The notes: generated by a model from the letters alone, not told the origin. 64,000 bases of DNA from Ginglymostoma cirratum (GCA_024137785.1 JAHRHZ010000082.1:9763533-9827532), one strand, 5' to 3'; positions 50,486-63,470 are shown, counted from the first letter of the stretch. A program made the numbers and translations.

Positions 50486-51594
50486 TCAGCTAAACCTAGT
50501 GTCTCTCCAGGTATGTCCTCTCACACTTTTCATTGAAGCAGAACTTTTCCCTTTGCTTAAATTATTGGTGGATTGAAAGAAATGCCAGGCCATAAAATTG
50601 TGATGAAATGCAGTCATAATGCTACTGATGGCCCACAGAATTCTATGAATGAAATAAATCATCGATGCAATTGCAGAAATGCTCACTTTTCAAATGTGCA
50701 ATTAGATGCAATGGAAACTGGAGCAGTTAATGGAAATGTGAACAACAAACATCCTTTAACCTTACCAATAACAGAAGGTGTCAAAAATTAACCTAATGTT
50801 GGAGTGTGTGATTTGATTTTTGGAGAAGTTATCTGAACAGCAATGTAATTTGGCTGCAACTACACTACTGTGGGTTGCCTGTATTCATTAATGCCTCCTC
50901 AGTCATTAAGATTTTAGTTATTTTGCCATTGGGCAACTCTTACTGGTTGTATGCTATTAGAGACAAGTGAAGTCAGGACCCTGTCCTGCAGGCAAAACAT
51001 TCAGAGACGTAGCAGCTCAGCTGAGAACTGACAAAACACATCTCCCATTCAGCTGTAAATCAGCGCTGGGACTTGAACCCATGATTAGAAGCGTGCTAAG
51101 TGAGTGCCTTAAATGTTACGCTACCAAACCGCATTCTGTGCAGCACTTAATTATTCCTTGAAATGAAACCTGACCCAAAGCAGTTATTTACATCAGCCAA
51201 TATGTGTCCAATATTTGTGCTTGTCTGTCACTGCTTGTCAGCTGAACATTTCATTTACAATTTGTTGATCCTTCTCTTATTAATCTAGCAGCCGCATTAA
51301 AATTTCCACTCTGCCACTTTATTTACAGTTTTTTGTTGGCGCAGGTTCTTTCTGGCCCAGGGTGATATTTCCAGTGGCTGCAGTAGTCATTCATTGCGTG
51401 TATTTATTTGACTTCCTGCCGTGATGTAAATTGTATTTTATTAAGTTGTCACCTAATTGCTCCCGACTTTTCAGTTTTTAAGTGGAATCATTTCAGCTGG
51501 TAAAGCTGACAATGACTTTTCCCAACACTGCATTCGGTGTCAATGCTTCAGACTGGAAGTCTCCCTTGGGGTGCCATTAGTAGTTTGGGTGTCA

Positions 51595-51992
51595 GCATCG
51601 GTTCAGTGGGGAGTGGTCTATGGTCTGAGCATGAAGATTGAAATGTTCCAGTGCCACTCAGAGGATCAAGTGCACAACTGAGGCCGACACCTTGACCTTG
51701 TATCTTCAGTGTTGCTTCTGCTTAGATGAAAAGTTAAACTGAAGTCCTATTTGCCCACCTAGATAAACTAAAAATATGTCATTGAAATGTCCAAAGAGCA
51801 AGGGAATTCTCCACAGTATTATGGTCAATATTTATCCCTCAGCCAATACCACTAGAAACAGAATATTTGGACATTTACAAATTGCTGTTTTTCGGACTTC
51901 AGTGTGCAAATGGTTGAAGAGTTTCTATATTACAGTTGTAACTTCACATCAATGTCAGTAAAGCACATTGCAACACCGTGAGGTCATGAAGT
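51595..51992 (+). mobile_element. Deu-domain SINE
   Basis: ggttcagtgg head, agatgaaaagttaaactgaagtcct and ggtcaatatttatccctcagccaa motifs. Confidence 0.7.
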
Positions 51993-53009
51993 AATGAAGG
52001 CTGATGTCAACACACCCATACTGCAACCAAGCATCAGGGCAAATCATAGTTTTGATCCAAATGGAACTGTATTGGACTTAGGAGTTTGTTTGTTGAATTG
52101 ATTCAACAGGACACTACCATCTCTCAGTATCTCTTTAAAGTTGCACATATCTTGACTTTGATAGGTATGACCATTCCCTTATTAGCTCTGGGCCAACATA
52201 CCCTTTCTGAAAGTATCATTACTATAAAGAGGAATATGACTTCCAGGGTAATAAAGAGTGAGCAACGAATGTGTCTTGCCAGCAGCACCCATATCCTAAG
52301 CTGTTTTGTTTAGAAGGTGTGTTACGAGGAAAACAAGTGTACTTTCAGACCAGTTATAGTTATGAGCATTAGTCTGTTAATTCCTGGCATTTCAATGTGT
52401 TATCTTCAGATTTCCAATTCACTACTAATTGATTTGCTAGCCATTATATTGAGATTGGGCAACAAGAGAGAACCTTACACAGACTCTTGCTCCATGAAAT
52501 GACAACCCGACCCATGAAAGCTGAGTCTGTTATAAAAGAAAAATACTACTCGGTCCTACAAAATTTGATGAATATGGGATCTAGATTCATGGTAGGGTGT
52601 TTGTTTCATTTACTTGTGGTTTAAGAAAGAATTGATCTCCCAGGCTAAACTCAGATTGAGAGAGGAAAGCATGCCTCAAATTGTTCAACTTGGAATGGAA
52701 CAATGATACAAGTGCAAGATTCTGCAAATTACCTCGATAGCAGCCTTAACGAACAGAGGAGAGAAAAAAGCAACATGTACCGATACTGAAAGGTCTTCTT
52801 GTCTTCTCTCTTTCAATCTCAGAAGCTAATGTCAGTGAAAAAAGCAGTCAAAACCAACTGCAACTGTCTTTACCTTCCAGACTGTAAAGAAACTCTCCTC
52901 TCTCTCTTTTTAAGCTTAATTCCAGTGTTTGTGAGTGTTTGATTTTTTTTTCAAGATAGTAGGGAATACAATTTTCTTTCACTGCAAAAAAACTTGAGAT
53001 TGAGGCATT

Positions 53010-53106
53010 GAAACAGAAAGTGCTCAAGAAATTCAACAGGTCTGGCAGTATCTAACTGAGAAAGATAGTTAACGTTTCAAGTCCGACATGACTCTTCATC
53101 AGAACT
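53010..53106 (-). mobile_element. Penelope-like terminus, family B
   Basis: aaacagaaagtgctcaagaaattcaacaggtctggcagtatct...gttaacgtttcaagtc. Confidence 0.8.
53067..53106 (-). ncRNA. Minimal type I hammerhead ribozyme, intact core
   Basis: Minus strand AGUU-CUGAUGA-A-GAGUC-augucg-GACUU-GAAA-C-GUU-AACU. Confidence 0.75.
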
Positions 53107-54499
53107 TAAATCAAAAATTACGTACTGTGTTTCCTGCAAAAGTGATTATACTTGAAACATACTTCATTGTATATAAAATACTTAGGATGTCTGGTGACTG
53201 TGCAAACTATGCTTGCCTTTCCTCTCTTTCATTTGACTGGGTACTGTTGGAGCATGGTTCTTCTCTATGCTGATTCAAGCAGAGATAAAATGTGAGGAAG
53301 CTTCCTACTGATAATAATGACTCAATCTTAGATTGGAACAGTTTCAAAAAGCACTTTGTCATAACAGAGACTTGAAAAATGCATGTGGGCTCTCAGAATA
53401 ATTTGCATTTTGTCAACTGATAAAACAATTGGAAAGAGTCCATTCAAGATAATGCTCGTCAAAATATGATCCAATATTGCACATGTCAGTTTCAAGAACA
53501 ACCACAAACACAGTACAAATTTTGAAAAAATTGATAGAGAACACATAAGGGGAATGACATTTCAAAAGAAATGTGATCAGAATGAAGTACAAACAGAAAT
53601 CCAGAATTAAATCAAAAATGTGAGTCTGGTGTCAAAAAGATTAATGAACCTTTAAGTGACTAAAGTAGTGTAAAGGAAAGCTCCAGCCAGATAATCTTTA
53701 AAGGTGCATCCTACTTAGGACTTCAACACAGTGCAGTAAATTCAGATTATTGTCTTCATTTTTAAATCACCTCCTGTACCAAGCCTACTTTACTTCTGCA
53801 ACATTTTCCATCCCTATGTCCTATTCCATGTTCCTTCATTTTCTGAGTTTAACCTTGTGTATGTTATTTTTCTTGTTGTTCCACCATCTATGGCAGGGGC
53901 CTCAGCTCTCTAAGTCTCTTTTCATTATACCACTTGGCCATCCCACCAGCAAAAGTCTTTGAAAACATACTTTTTGGACATATTCTTTCTTTGCTCCAAA
54001 TCTCTCCAAGACCGTTTCCTCCCTATTATTGCGATCCTAGCTAATGGTACAACTGGATAAGACAGATTCAAAATGAAACCTGACTCAACAGATTATATGG
54101 TTAATCGTTTTGCAGTTGGCTGACATGGTGGTTAGTCATGGCTAGGTATTCATACAAAGTTGCAGATGTTCTTTAAAAACTAAACATTAGCTTATTACAT
54201 AAAAGAAAAAAATCAGAGGTAGCAGACAATTAAAACCCCTTAAACATGAACAACAAAATAAAGTTTTAATCTGTTTCCCAAAATTACAAATACTCAACCC
54301 CAAGAAATATCTCAATGAGATGTCTCAAAGTTTTAAATCTTTACTAAACTGACTCTTCCCAGTTCTATTCCTCTAGTGCTGAGACCTTTTATTTTACAAA
54401 TCCTTTCTGTGAGTGCTTGCACAAACCTTTCACAATTTGAATGGGCTTAATGTCTCAATTTGAGCAAGTTAAATATTTCTTACTAACTTCAAAATTTTT

Positions 54500-54700
54500 T
54501 GCACTTCTTCAGTTCTGTCCTTTTCCATATCCCCACTTTTAGTTGCTCAGTATTGGTGACGTTGTCTTTATTTTCCTCAGCTTTAGAGTATGGAAGTCCT
54601 CCCTAAACTTTTAGTCCTCTCTCCCACTTTCGTCTACAACAGTATTACATTAGACCAACCTCTTATCAAGCTTTGGGTCAACTGTCTCAGTATCCTCTTC
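54500..54700 (+). mobile_element. Old L2 3' fragment
   Basis: attggtgacgttgtcttt...tggaagtcctccctaaac...tcaagctttgggtca resembles the reverse complement of 20560-20720. Confidence 0.45.
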
Positions 54701-57045
54701 AAAAATCTTCTTGGAGTATGTCACCTAGACTTACCTCAGTCCTGTATTTCAAATTTTGTTTCCTCTTGATAATACCTTCACTTTGCTTAGTTGCTTAGAA
54801 GAAAGATAGCCAAATAACCTATTTAATGTAGAGAGAAATTGTTAGCAGATACAGAAAATGTTCAAAATATACTTCAATTCTCTTAGTGAATTTCTAATTA
54901 TAGGTCATTTTTTTCTCATGTTTGTAGTATTCCTAGTGCTTTAGATTGTCTCAATTTAACTAGCTTAAGTCACTTGCTCATTGTAAACACACAAACATTG
55001 GACAGCGAATAGTTGTGACAGTCTGTAAAATTAATTTTTCTGTTCGCAAAAGTCCTATCCTTAATGCCGCATCCTGCTATGCACACACAAATACATATGC
55101 TACATACATTGACATACACACAAACATTTACATCTATCGGTGCACTCATATAATATTTCCTGCCAGTTTTTGCATTATTTTTGCAATTTGCATTTCTGTG
55201 TTGGGCTCAGTAATTTTAAGTGAGATATTCTTGTTGGTGTAAACTTGACACACTGTTATTATATCCTTTCATCAATGACGATGCAGTTACATTCCAGTTT
55301 TACATCCATCAACCTCTCAGCCTATGCCAGGGAAACGTGTCAAGTGCAACAAATATTCTTACTTCTTAAAATCCAATTGATTGTGCTGATTAAGTGCAAG
55401 CAATGATAGGAATTCAAAGTATTACATAATAATATGGACAGAATATATAACTTTAAAATGGATAACCAAATTTTATTTGTCTGTCTTGATCCGATACGCC
55501 TTGTGTGTCACCGATCTTCAACTAATGATATAATTTGTTCCTGATTCTCATGTTCAATTCTTTGAAATACATTTAATTGTCTTAAATCTTTCATGCAATG
55601 TATGCATCACTGGCAAAGCCAGCCCTTCCCAACTTGCCTTTGAATTCACACACAATATATTTGCACAAACATATACTTATGGATGTGTAAATGTGTGTAA
55701 ACTCCCATACAAGCAGACATGTCTGTACATATCGTTGTGATTGAGTGTGTGTCTGCTGTCAAATGCAGATGCAACATAAAAATGTCCTCTTATTGGTATT
55801 TCAAACAAATCATAATCTCAGCTTCATTATAGTTTCATTCACCAGAGGAACATTTCAGCCATTGACTCTAATGTTTAGCCTCAGGATACCCACCACAGAT
55901 GTCTTGGCAATGTAATGTGGACTCTCAACCATCAACCACTGCCAATAATTGTTTGAATTTTCTGTTCTGTTATCTGCAATTGAAATGGACCAGGACAGAC
56001 ATAATGCAACTTCTCCTTCCTGCAGCTAGCCGAAAACTTGTATCTAAATGAACTCAAATTGTTGTAACGACTGTACTTCTTGCCGGCACTAAGTTCTTCT
56101 GCTTGGGTTAAGTGGCTTATCAACCAATTTCCTGTTCTGCAACAGAATATGATACTGGAGAATCCCTCTGGATCAGTGAGCTCACACTTAGTGTGCTATC
56201 TGCAATGCTGCTAACACTCTGCCTGATATGAGTCAGTGACATCACTCTTTGCCAACCCCTGACATCAGTACATGGCAGAACATGGGGTGTGAATTGCAGT
56301 GGTTCAGTGACATCACCTTCCTGCTGCTACAACATCTATCTAACAGACGTTTTCTTTATTTGGTGCAAATTAATAGTCATTATTCATGCTGTTTTTATTT
56401 AGTCAGTGCCATCAAACTGCTCAGAACCAGGCCAGCAAACCTGGAACTCACTCAGAGAGACCTATTCTTTGGCCTGCTTATGCATTATTTTTAGTGAAAA
56501 GCACAAATCCCTCTTTTTCACATAAGCTTTGACAAAAGTCCACATTTCACTTTGAAAAATGCATGTGTCACGACCGAAATACATTTTTATGAGCCAGATG
56601 GAGAGATTCACGGTACTGTCATAATTATTCTCCAAATCCCCAGACTGGAAATTTTCTGTGATTATCTGGTTCAAGATGATTGAGTCTTTTTTCAAAGGGA
56701 GGGAATGAGATTTTCAATGTCCAGCAAGGTGATAATTCACACCAGCAAGAAGATAAATTGACAATACACATACGTAAGTTATCACATCATGATTAGTAGC
56801 GGTTCTCAGTGTTCTGGAGTTAATTTAAAAGCTGTCTGAATGGTAAGCAATGGTTCAGTCTGATTAAACAGATGGCAAAATTGTAAATCTCATGTAACAA
56901 TGTTCAATTTATCTTTCCTTCTTTTGCACTGCAGTTTATCTGATGCATTGTGTTCCATTTCTGATTGTGATTCTTGCTGAACTGCACAATGGTGGTAGGC
57001 TGCGTTTAAAGAATGTTCATGCATGCTCTATCCCGTCTCCAAGTC

Positions 57046-57553
57046 AGTCTTCGCCCAGTTGTAGGAAGGATATTATCAAGCTGGGGACGGTTCAGAAAAG
57101 ATTTATGAGGATGTCGCAGGGTATGGGAGGTTTGAGTTATAGAGAAATGCTGGATAAGCAGGGACTTCTTTCACTGGAGCGTAGAAGGTTAAGAGGTGAC
57201 CTTGTAGAAGTTTATAAAATAATGAGGGGTATAGATAGAGTTAATGGTAGTTGTCTTTTCCCTAGGATGGGGGTTTCCAAGCCAAGTGGGCACATTTTAA
57301 GGTGAGAGGAGAGAGATTTTAAAAATCTTACAGAGGAGGCAAATTTTTTACACAGAGGGTGGTTCACATGTGGAATGAACTTCCTGAGGAAGCGGTGGAT
57401 GTGGGTGCAATTACAACCTTTAAAAGACATTTGGATAGGTACATGAATAAGAAAGGTTTGGAGCAGGCAGGTGGGACTAGTTTAGTTTGGGACTTTGTTC
57501 CGCATGGACTGATTGGGCTGGTCTGATTTTGTGCTGTATGACTCAATGACTCT
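57046..57553 (+). mobile_element. CR1 (HER1-like) 3' end
   Basis: SPSCRKDIIKLGTVQKRFMRM..GLSYREMLDKQGLLSLERRRLRGDLVEVYKIMRGIDRV; tail gtgctgtatgactcaatgactct. Confidence 0.95.
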
Positions 57554-58643
57554 CTAAGGTGAGATTTTAGTGTTTTGTAAAAGATAATGAAAAGCCTCGC
57601 GATGATTTTTTTTTGTTTATTTAGAAGAAAAGAAAACTTGAATTTACATTTTTATGACCAAAAGTGGTTTAGCACCAACAAAGTGTTTTGAAATGTAGTG
57701 AACTGTTCTTGGGTGTTAAGATCCTTCCTTTTTGTAACAGTTCGATTCCATACCAATATTAGACATTAGTTGATGAAGTTGTAGAGGTGGATAGTTATGT
57801 CTGTAATTATTGTAAGTTTTGGTGTGTCCCCATTTTGGATCACAGATTTGTTCATTATTTTATATATTTGTGAGACATTTTAGAGCCTAAGAAATTATTT
57901 ATTTAAGTGTAAATGCCGATAACTTACAACAATCAGGTATTTGATGTTAGGGCACATTTTCTGAGGCGGAGTTTGACTCAGGTAAAGAAAGTTGTCTCTT
58001 TGACTCCTGGTCCCGTCACAAGTAATGTGATTATTGGGCAGGTGGTGGTACAGGCTGAATTATAAAGAGTGAGATTTATCCATGATGGTGGCCTGAAATG
58101 CTGAAATAATCTGGAGCAGAAACTCCAAAAATGTTACAGAGGATATTAAATTTTAACCCAATCAGCAGATGACATTGTGTCTTCAAGTTTCGATTAGATG
58201 TCAAAAGTAAATATTGGCTTTAATTCATCAAAGACTCAGGTCTGCTTTCAGAAACTAAAGTCCGGTGATTATCGCAACAAAACACTCAATATTCAAGTTT
58301 ACCAAAATCAATGGCACTCAATTTCATGCAAGAAATACAGTAAAATGAATGGGTACTGTTGTACAACCCACAGTATATCATGAACGCAGTTGAATTTCAT
58401 CCCCAAACAGAATAGCATATATAAAAATGACATTTGTGAGATGTTCCTCACATCTCAGAGTGCTTTACAAAGCAGTGGACAATGATTGGCAGCTTAACAG
58501 GAGTGAGAACAGAATTTTGTCAAATGTACTTTCTCAGGGGATCTGTGCACCACTGAAAAGGCCAGCATTTGTTGTCCATTATAATTGCCCTTGAAATTCT
58601 GCAGCTCATGTGGTATGGGTACGTGCACAGTGTCATTAGGGAG

Positions 58644-58869
58644 CGAAATATCTCCACAGAGGCTAGTGTCCTGTCACTAAGTCACTCTTGATTTAGATGT
58701 GAATGGTCTTTGACACTGATCCAGCTCCCTCAAAGCCAGCTGTCAGAGTGAACAGGATGCCTGACGTTCCTGTTTTTATCTGTCAGCCAGGGCTCCCTGA
58801 TTGGACCAGATTAATAGCCCCAATCAGGGAACTCATATCCACCTGGCTAACCTCATTACAATCACTACA
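58644..58869 (-). mobile_element. Solo LTR (226 bp), same family as 2791-3018, nested in LINE
   Basis: Minus strand starts tgtagtgattg and ends gatatttcg; 5-bp TSD gggag/gggat. Confidence 0.8.
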
Positions 58870-59289
58870 GGGATGGAGTTCCAGGATTTTGACCAAGCAA
58901 CAGTGAAAGAACAGCAATTTCCAAGTTCTAGTTTGGAATGGTGTGTGGCTTTAAGAGAAACTTGCAAGTGTGGTGTTTCCTTATGTCTGATGCCCTTGTG
59001 TCTGCTGCCCTTCTCTTTCTAAGCAGTAGTGGGCACAGATTCAGAATGTCCTGTTGGAGGAGTCTTGGTGTATTGCTACAGCACATTTGTCGATGGCAAA
59101 CATTTCTGTCATGGTGTAATAGTGGTGGGGGGAGGGGGGATAGATATTTAACGTGGTGAGTAGGGAATCATTCAAGTGGGTTGCCTTGCCTTGGGTGGTA
59201 TCAAGATTCTCAAGTATTTCTGGAGCTATACTTGTCCAGGCAAGTAGAGAGTAGTCCATCTCACTCCTGGCTTGTTCCTTGTGGAATGA

Positions 59290-59798
59290 TGCTATTGCTT
59301 TAAGAGGTGTATTTTGTCCTGCTTGTTGTTATGAAGAAAGGTTTAGACAGAGGATCTGAGTGACCTGCTCCAGTCAATAGAGTAAACTGCTTGTGAGGCT
59401 TTGGGTTTTTTTTAGAAGTTGAAACAATAGAAGCAGCCTGAATGCATTGGATCATGCTGTCAGAGAACCAGGACTTTTTATTTAGTTTTAGCCTTCAGTA
59501 GCACTTGCTAGGGTCTCGGATACAGAAGCTGTTATTTCCTCCCTCTGTAACGGCTAACAGCTGTCACTCCAAACCCACAGCAATGTGGTTGACTCTTAAC
59601 TGCCCTCTGGGCAATTAGGGATGGGCAATAAATGCTGCCTGGCCAGCAATACCCTGATCCAGTGAATGAATAAAAAAAAATTGACCAATCAAATTGCATC
59701 TGGAATGCAACATCTTACATTTATCTTAAAATAAGAAAAAAAAGGGCCTAGACCATCTTTGTAATGTATTTTGAGAGGGTTTGCTCTGGTCCATAACA
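59290..59798. mobile_element. LTR-like insertion containing a SINE tail
   Basis: Interrupts the LINE; tgttatg (59327) and cataaca (59798) are inverted ends; left boundary uncertain. Confidence 0.4.
59560..59680 (+). mobile_element. 3' half of tRNA-SINE (family of 1530-1869)
   Basis: cagcaatgtggttgactcttaactgccctctgggcaattagggatgggcaataaatgctg...tgaatgaataaaaaaaaa. Confidence 0.85.
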
Positions 59799-61444
59799 AA
59801 TGTACACGGTGCAGAAAGTTTGGAAGTCAAGAGGTGAGTTACACATTGCAGACTTCCTAACCTCCAGCGTGCTCTTGTAGCTGCAGTGTTTTTGAGGCTC
59901 GTTCAGCTTCTAGTTGATAGGAACCACATGATATTGATACAGTGTTGGTAACGGTAATATTGCTGAATGTTAAGTCAAGATGGTTAAATTCAGACCTGTT
60001 GGAAATGGTCATTGCCTGTCATTTTTATGGTGTGAATGGTACTTGCAACTTAAGTGCCCTGTTTGGAATGTTGTCTAGACCTTGCTATATTTGGACATGG
60101 ACTGAGGAGTCATGATTGATTCTGATCATTGTATTATCAATAGTGAACAATCCAGATTCCGAACTTACGAGGGAGGGAAGCTCGTTGGTGAAAGAACGGA
60201 GGATTTTTAGGCTGAAGACTTCACCATGTGGAACTCCTGAATAGGACAATAAATCTGTTCAAAAATGATTGTTTCAGAGGTATTTGAATGCAGTGAGTGA
60301 ATTGAGACGTTTAAAGTACAGTATTGAGCGCATTCCAGACACAGGGCACTGCAGCTCATATGGTCACTTATGATGAAGCAGATAAAGTGAGGAACAGGCA
60401 GTAAGCCAATGGTGAAGCAGTGTATTGTACTATTCTGCTAGAGGCAGTCACTAAAACACCACAGGTACCATGTATATGCAATGAATTGCTAAGGCCGTTA
60501 AATCAGCAGGACTTTTTTTTTAGAAAATGTTAAACAGTTCTGTATTTGTTGGAATATTTTATAGATAGGTTAATTGAACCCCAGATTAATGAAGTAGGAT
60601 TTACATCGTGTTGTCAGCAGTTGCTGTGTTGTAGGAAATGTACAACAGTTCTGCTGTCTAAGATGTAGTTATAATTCACTTGTAGGAAATAACAGCAAAA
60701 GCGCATGGAGACATTAGTTTGGAGACAGGGAGTACTGTGCATCATAACTGTGAGCTGGTGACAGCTATGATTGATCATGTGATGAGCCGATGCCTGTCAC
60801 CACTGCATTTTAAAGCAACAGAGAATTCCTGATGATTTTTTACAGGCTAAAGATTATCTTGAATGTTTATGCAGGACTCGGGGCCTAAGTTCTTCTGTCT
60901 ATCTGAGAAAAGAAACTACAGCAATGGAATTTTGGGAGATGTCTGCAACTGCACAGTCCTCACTGGGGCCATCATACTCCCTATTTCTGTCATAACTTTC
61001 TGTTATCTTGCCTTCCCTGATAAACTCTCAATCCTTGCTCTCTTTATGTTCCAATGTAATACATTTAAAGTACATGGGACTTGGAGCTGCAAGTTTTATT
61101 TCTGTTTTCCTCCTTCACAACTCATCAAAAATCACAAAATGTTCCCTTTTATCTGTTAAATTAGGAGGGCATGCAGAAGTCTTCTGACACGTATTGATGA
61201 GTGTTGTCATCATAGCATGTACCAGCAGAACAATGTCTATTATTATGATGGCCTTTCCTTAGTAAAGCTAACATTTCCTTTAACAGGCTTACCACATGTA
61301 TAGAACACACTTAATTGGATCCTCTTAATTGGACCTATCTCCACAACCATTAATGACAACATATTTCTGATGAATTTCTTTCGTAACAGTGAGGTTTATT
61401 TCGACCAGGATAAAAGAAGTGGCATCCATTCGGTTCATTTTGTT

Positions 61445-61690
61445 TTCTTTATTCACTCATGGGATACGGGTGTCATTGACTGTTGCATTTACTGCCTATC
61501 CCTAGATGGCCTTGAGAATGCGATTGTGAGCTGCCTTCTTGAGTTGCTGCAGTCCATGTGTTACAGCTAAATCCATAATGCTTGTTCGAGAGAGAATCCC
61601 AGGACTTTTACCGATGGTCTGCTACTAGATTTCCACATGAGGATGGTGAGTGGCTTGCAGGGGAATTTGCAGGTGATGATGTTCTCATTT
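61445..61690 (-). mobile_element. CR1-group LINE 3' end (family of 48670-50485)
   Basis: tttattcactcatgggatacggg...gcatttactgcctatccctag...ccttgag. Confidence 0.75.
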
Positions 61691-62144
61691 TTGATCTTTC
61701 CTAATTTACCCCATTGGCTAATATATACTTCAACAGACAGTTTACCTGAACATTTGTGGAATTTTGTTGGGCATAAAATAGCCGCTGTTGCAAAAGGAGC
61801 AACAGTTACTGTTTTTCAAATTCATGTTTTACAAGCGAACTGCTCGAGATCTTTCTGAGAAAAATAATGAGCCTAAGTTACTGTAGGAATGAACAAAATG
61901 AAAATTAAAAGTGATAACTTCCCAGCAAGAGAACTGATCATTTGGGACTTGAATGAACAGAACAAGTAACTGTGCATCTCCTTAATGAATCAAAGTGAAG
62001 AATTACGAAAGTAAGGACTGGGAAGGAATTGTCAATTAAAATGGGCTAAAATGAGCAAGTATAATGTCAGGTCTAGTACAGAGAGAATTTGGTGTAGCCT
62101 GTGAGCAGAAATAAGTAAGGAAGCACTGCCAAACATTCATTACA

Positions 62145-62540
62145 CAGGAATGTACGGATAGGAGTAGGCTATTCATCCCATTAAGTACGTGCTGCCATCC
62201 AGTTGGATCATGCCTAATCATCTATTTCAATGCTACTTTCGTGCACTATCACCATGTCCTTTGATGTCATTAGTCTCTAGAAATCTATCAATTTCTATCT
62301 TGAACATGGTCATTGATTGAGTTTCCGCAGTTCTCTTGGGTGGGGAATTCCAAAGCTTCACCACCTTCTGACTGAAGAAATTCCTCTTCATCTGAGCTTT
62401 AAATAGTCTACCCCTTATCCTGATACTATGTCCCATGGCTTTAAGCTCTCTAGCCAGGGCTATTGCCATCCACTCTGACACACCCAGGTCTCAATGAAAT
62501 CATCCCTCATTTTTTGAAATTCCAAGGGATTCAGTCCCAG
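62145..62540 (-). mobile_element. CR1 3' end
   Basis: ORF 62233-62481(-): GHSIRIRGRLFKAQMKRNFFSQKVVKLWNSPP...FKIEIDRFL. Confidence 0.9.
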
Positions 62541-63377
62541 TCTCCTCCATTTCTCTTCCAGTTCTCTTGCTGGGAAGTTATCACTTTTAATTTTCATTTT
62601 GTTCATTCCTACAGTAACTTAGGCTCATTATTTTTCTTCATGAGACAATCCTGCCATCCAGAGATCAATTATACATTTAAAAACCCTTTGATGGAGTATT
62701 GCCCTGAACTGACCTTAATTAGAGAACAGTTTCAATATGACACCCTCTACATAGGATCTGATATCTGGGTGGACAAACAACTGTCTTGTCAGCAAATTAA
62801 TGAATAGTTAGTTAGCAATGCAGGCTGTGTTGGAGGTTTCAATGAGAACACAGAATTGAATGAGAAATATCAGGTACAGGAAGTAAAATAAAGTCAAGGA
62901 AAGATGGGATTAAAGGATTTTTAAAAATCATTTTTAAAACCCCAGCAGTTATTAAAATCTGAAAGAATGAGATGTCATATTCTGATAATTGATCTTTCAG
63001 TGCCGGAGAATATTAAGCAATACTTAAAACTTATTACACCCTCAAAAATTCACTTCCACTGGAATGGAAAAGCCTTAACATTTTTATTCTGAGTTTAGTC
63101 TCTATCTATGGGGTAAATATTATAACTTTATGCTGTTTAAGATATTAAATGGTGGGTCTCCCATGTTTGTGTAGCTTCTAAAGGAGTAGAGCAACACAGA
63201 CAGCAATTTACTGATTTACACATTTGTCTTGCTCATTTGCAGTTGCTGAAAGTTATTGTTTGATTTACTCTTAAATATTGTTGAGTTTTGCTTGTCTCAC
63301 TGTTATTTCAACAGCTTAATCCAGATTGATAGAAATCCCAAGCAATGACACATGAAATAAACATTATTCCTGACTAG

Positions 63378-63470
63378 AAACAGAAATTGCTGGAGAAACT
63401 CAGTCAGTCTGGCAGCATCTGTGGAGAGAAAGCAGTGTTAACGTTTCAAGTCCAGTGACTCTCCTTAGGA
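63378..63470 (-). mobile_element. Penelope-like terminus, family B, hammerhead core decayed
   Basis: Minus strand CUAAGGA-GAGUC-acug-GACUU-GAAACGUUAAC. Confidence 0.8.

Larger units (their letters stand above)
58545..60240 (-). mobile_element. CR1-group LINE (same family as 48670-50485), interrupted by nested elements
   Basis: gccagcatttgttgtccattataattgcccttga tail; minus strand MDYSLLAWTSIAPEILENLDTTQGKA; resumes at 59800-60240 (RT region). Confidence 0.8.

Noticed and set aside
2014-63470. Recurrent approximately 95-bp units as a CRISPR-like array
   Set aside because: Dispersed, in both orientations, with no regular spacers or cas genes; explained as Penelope termini.
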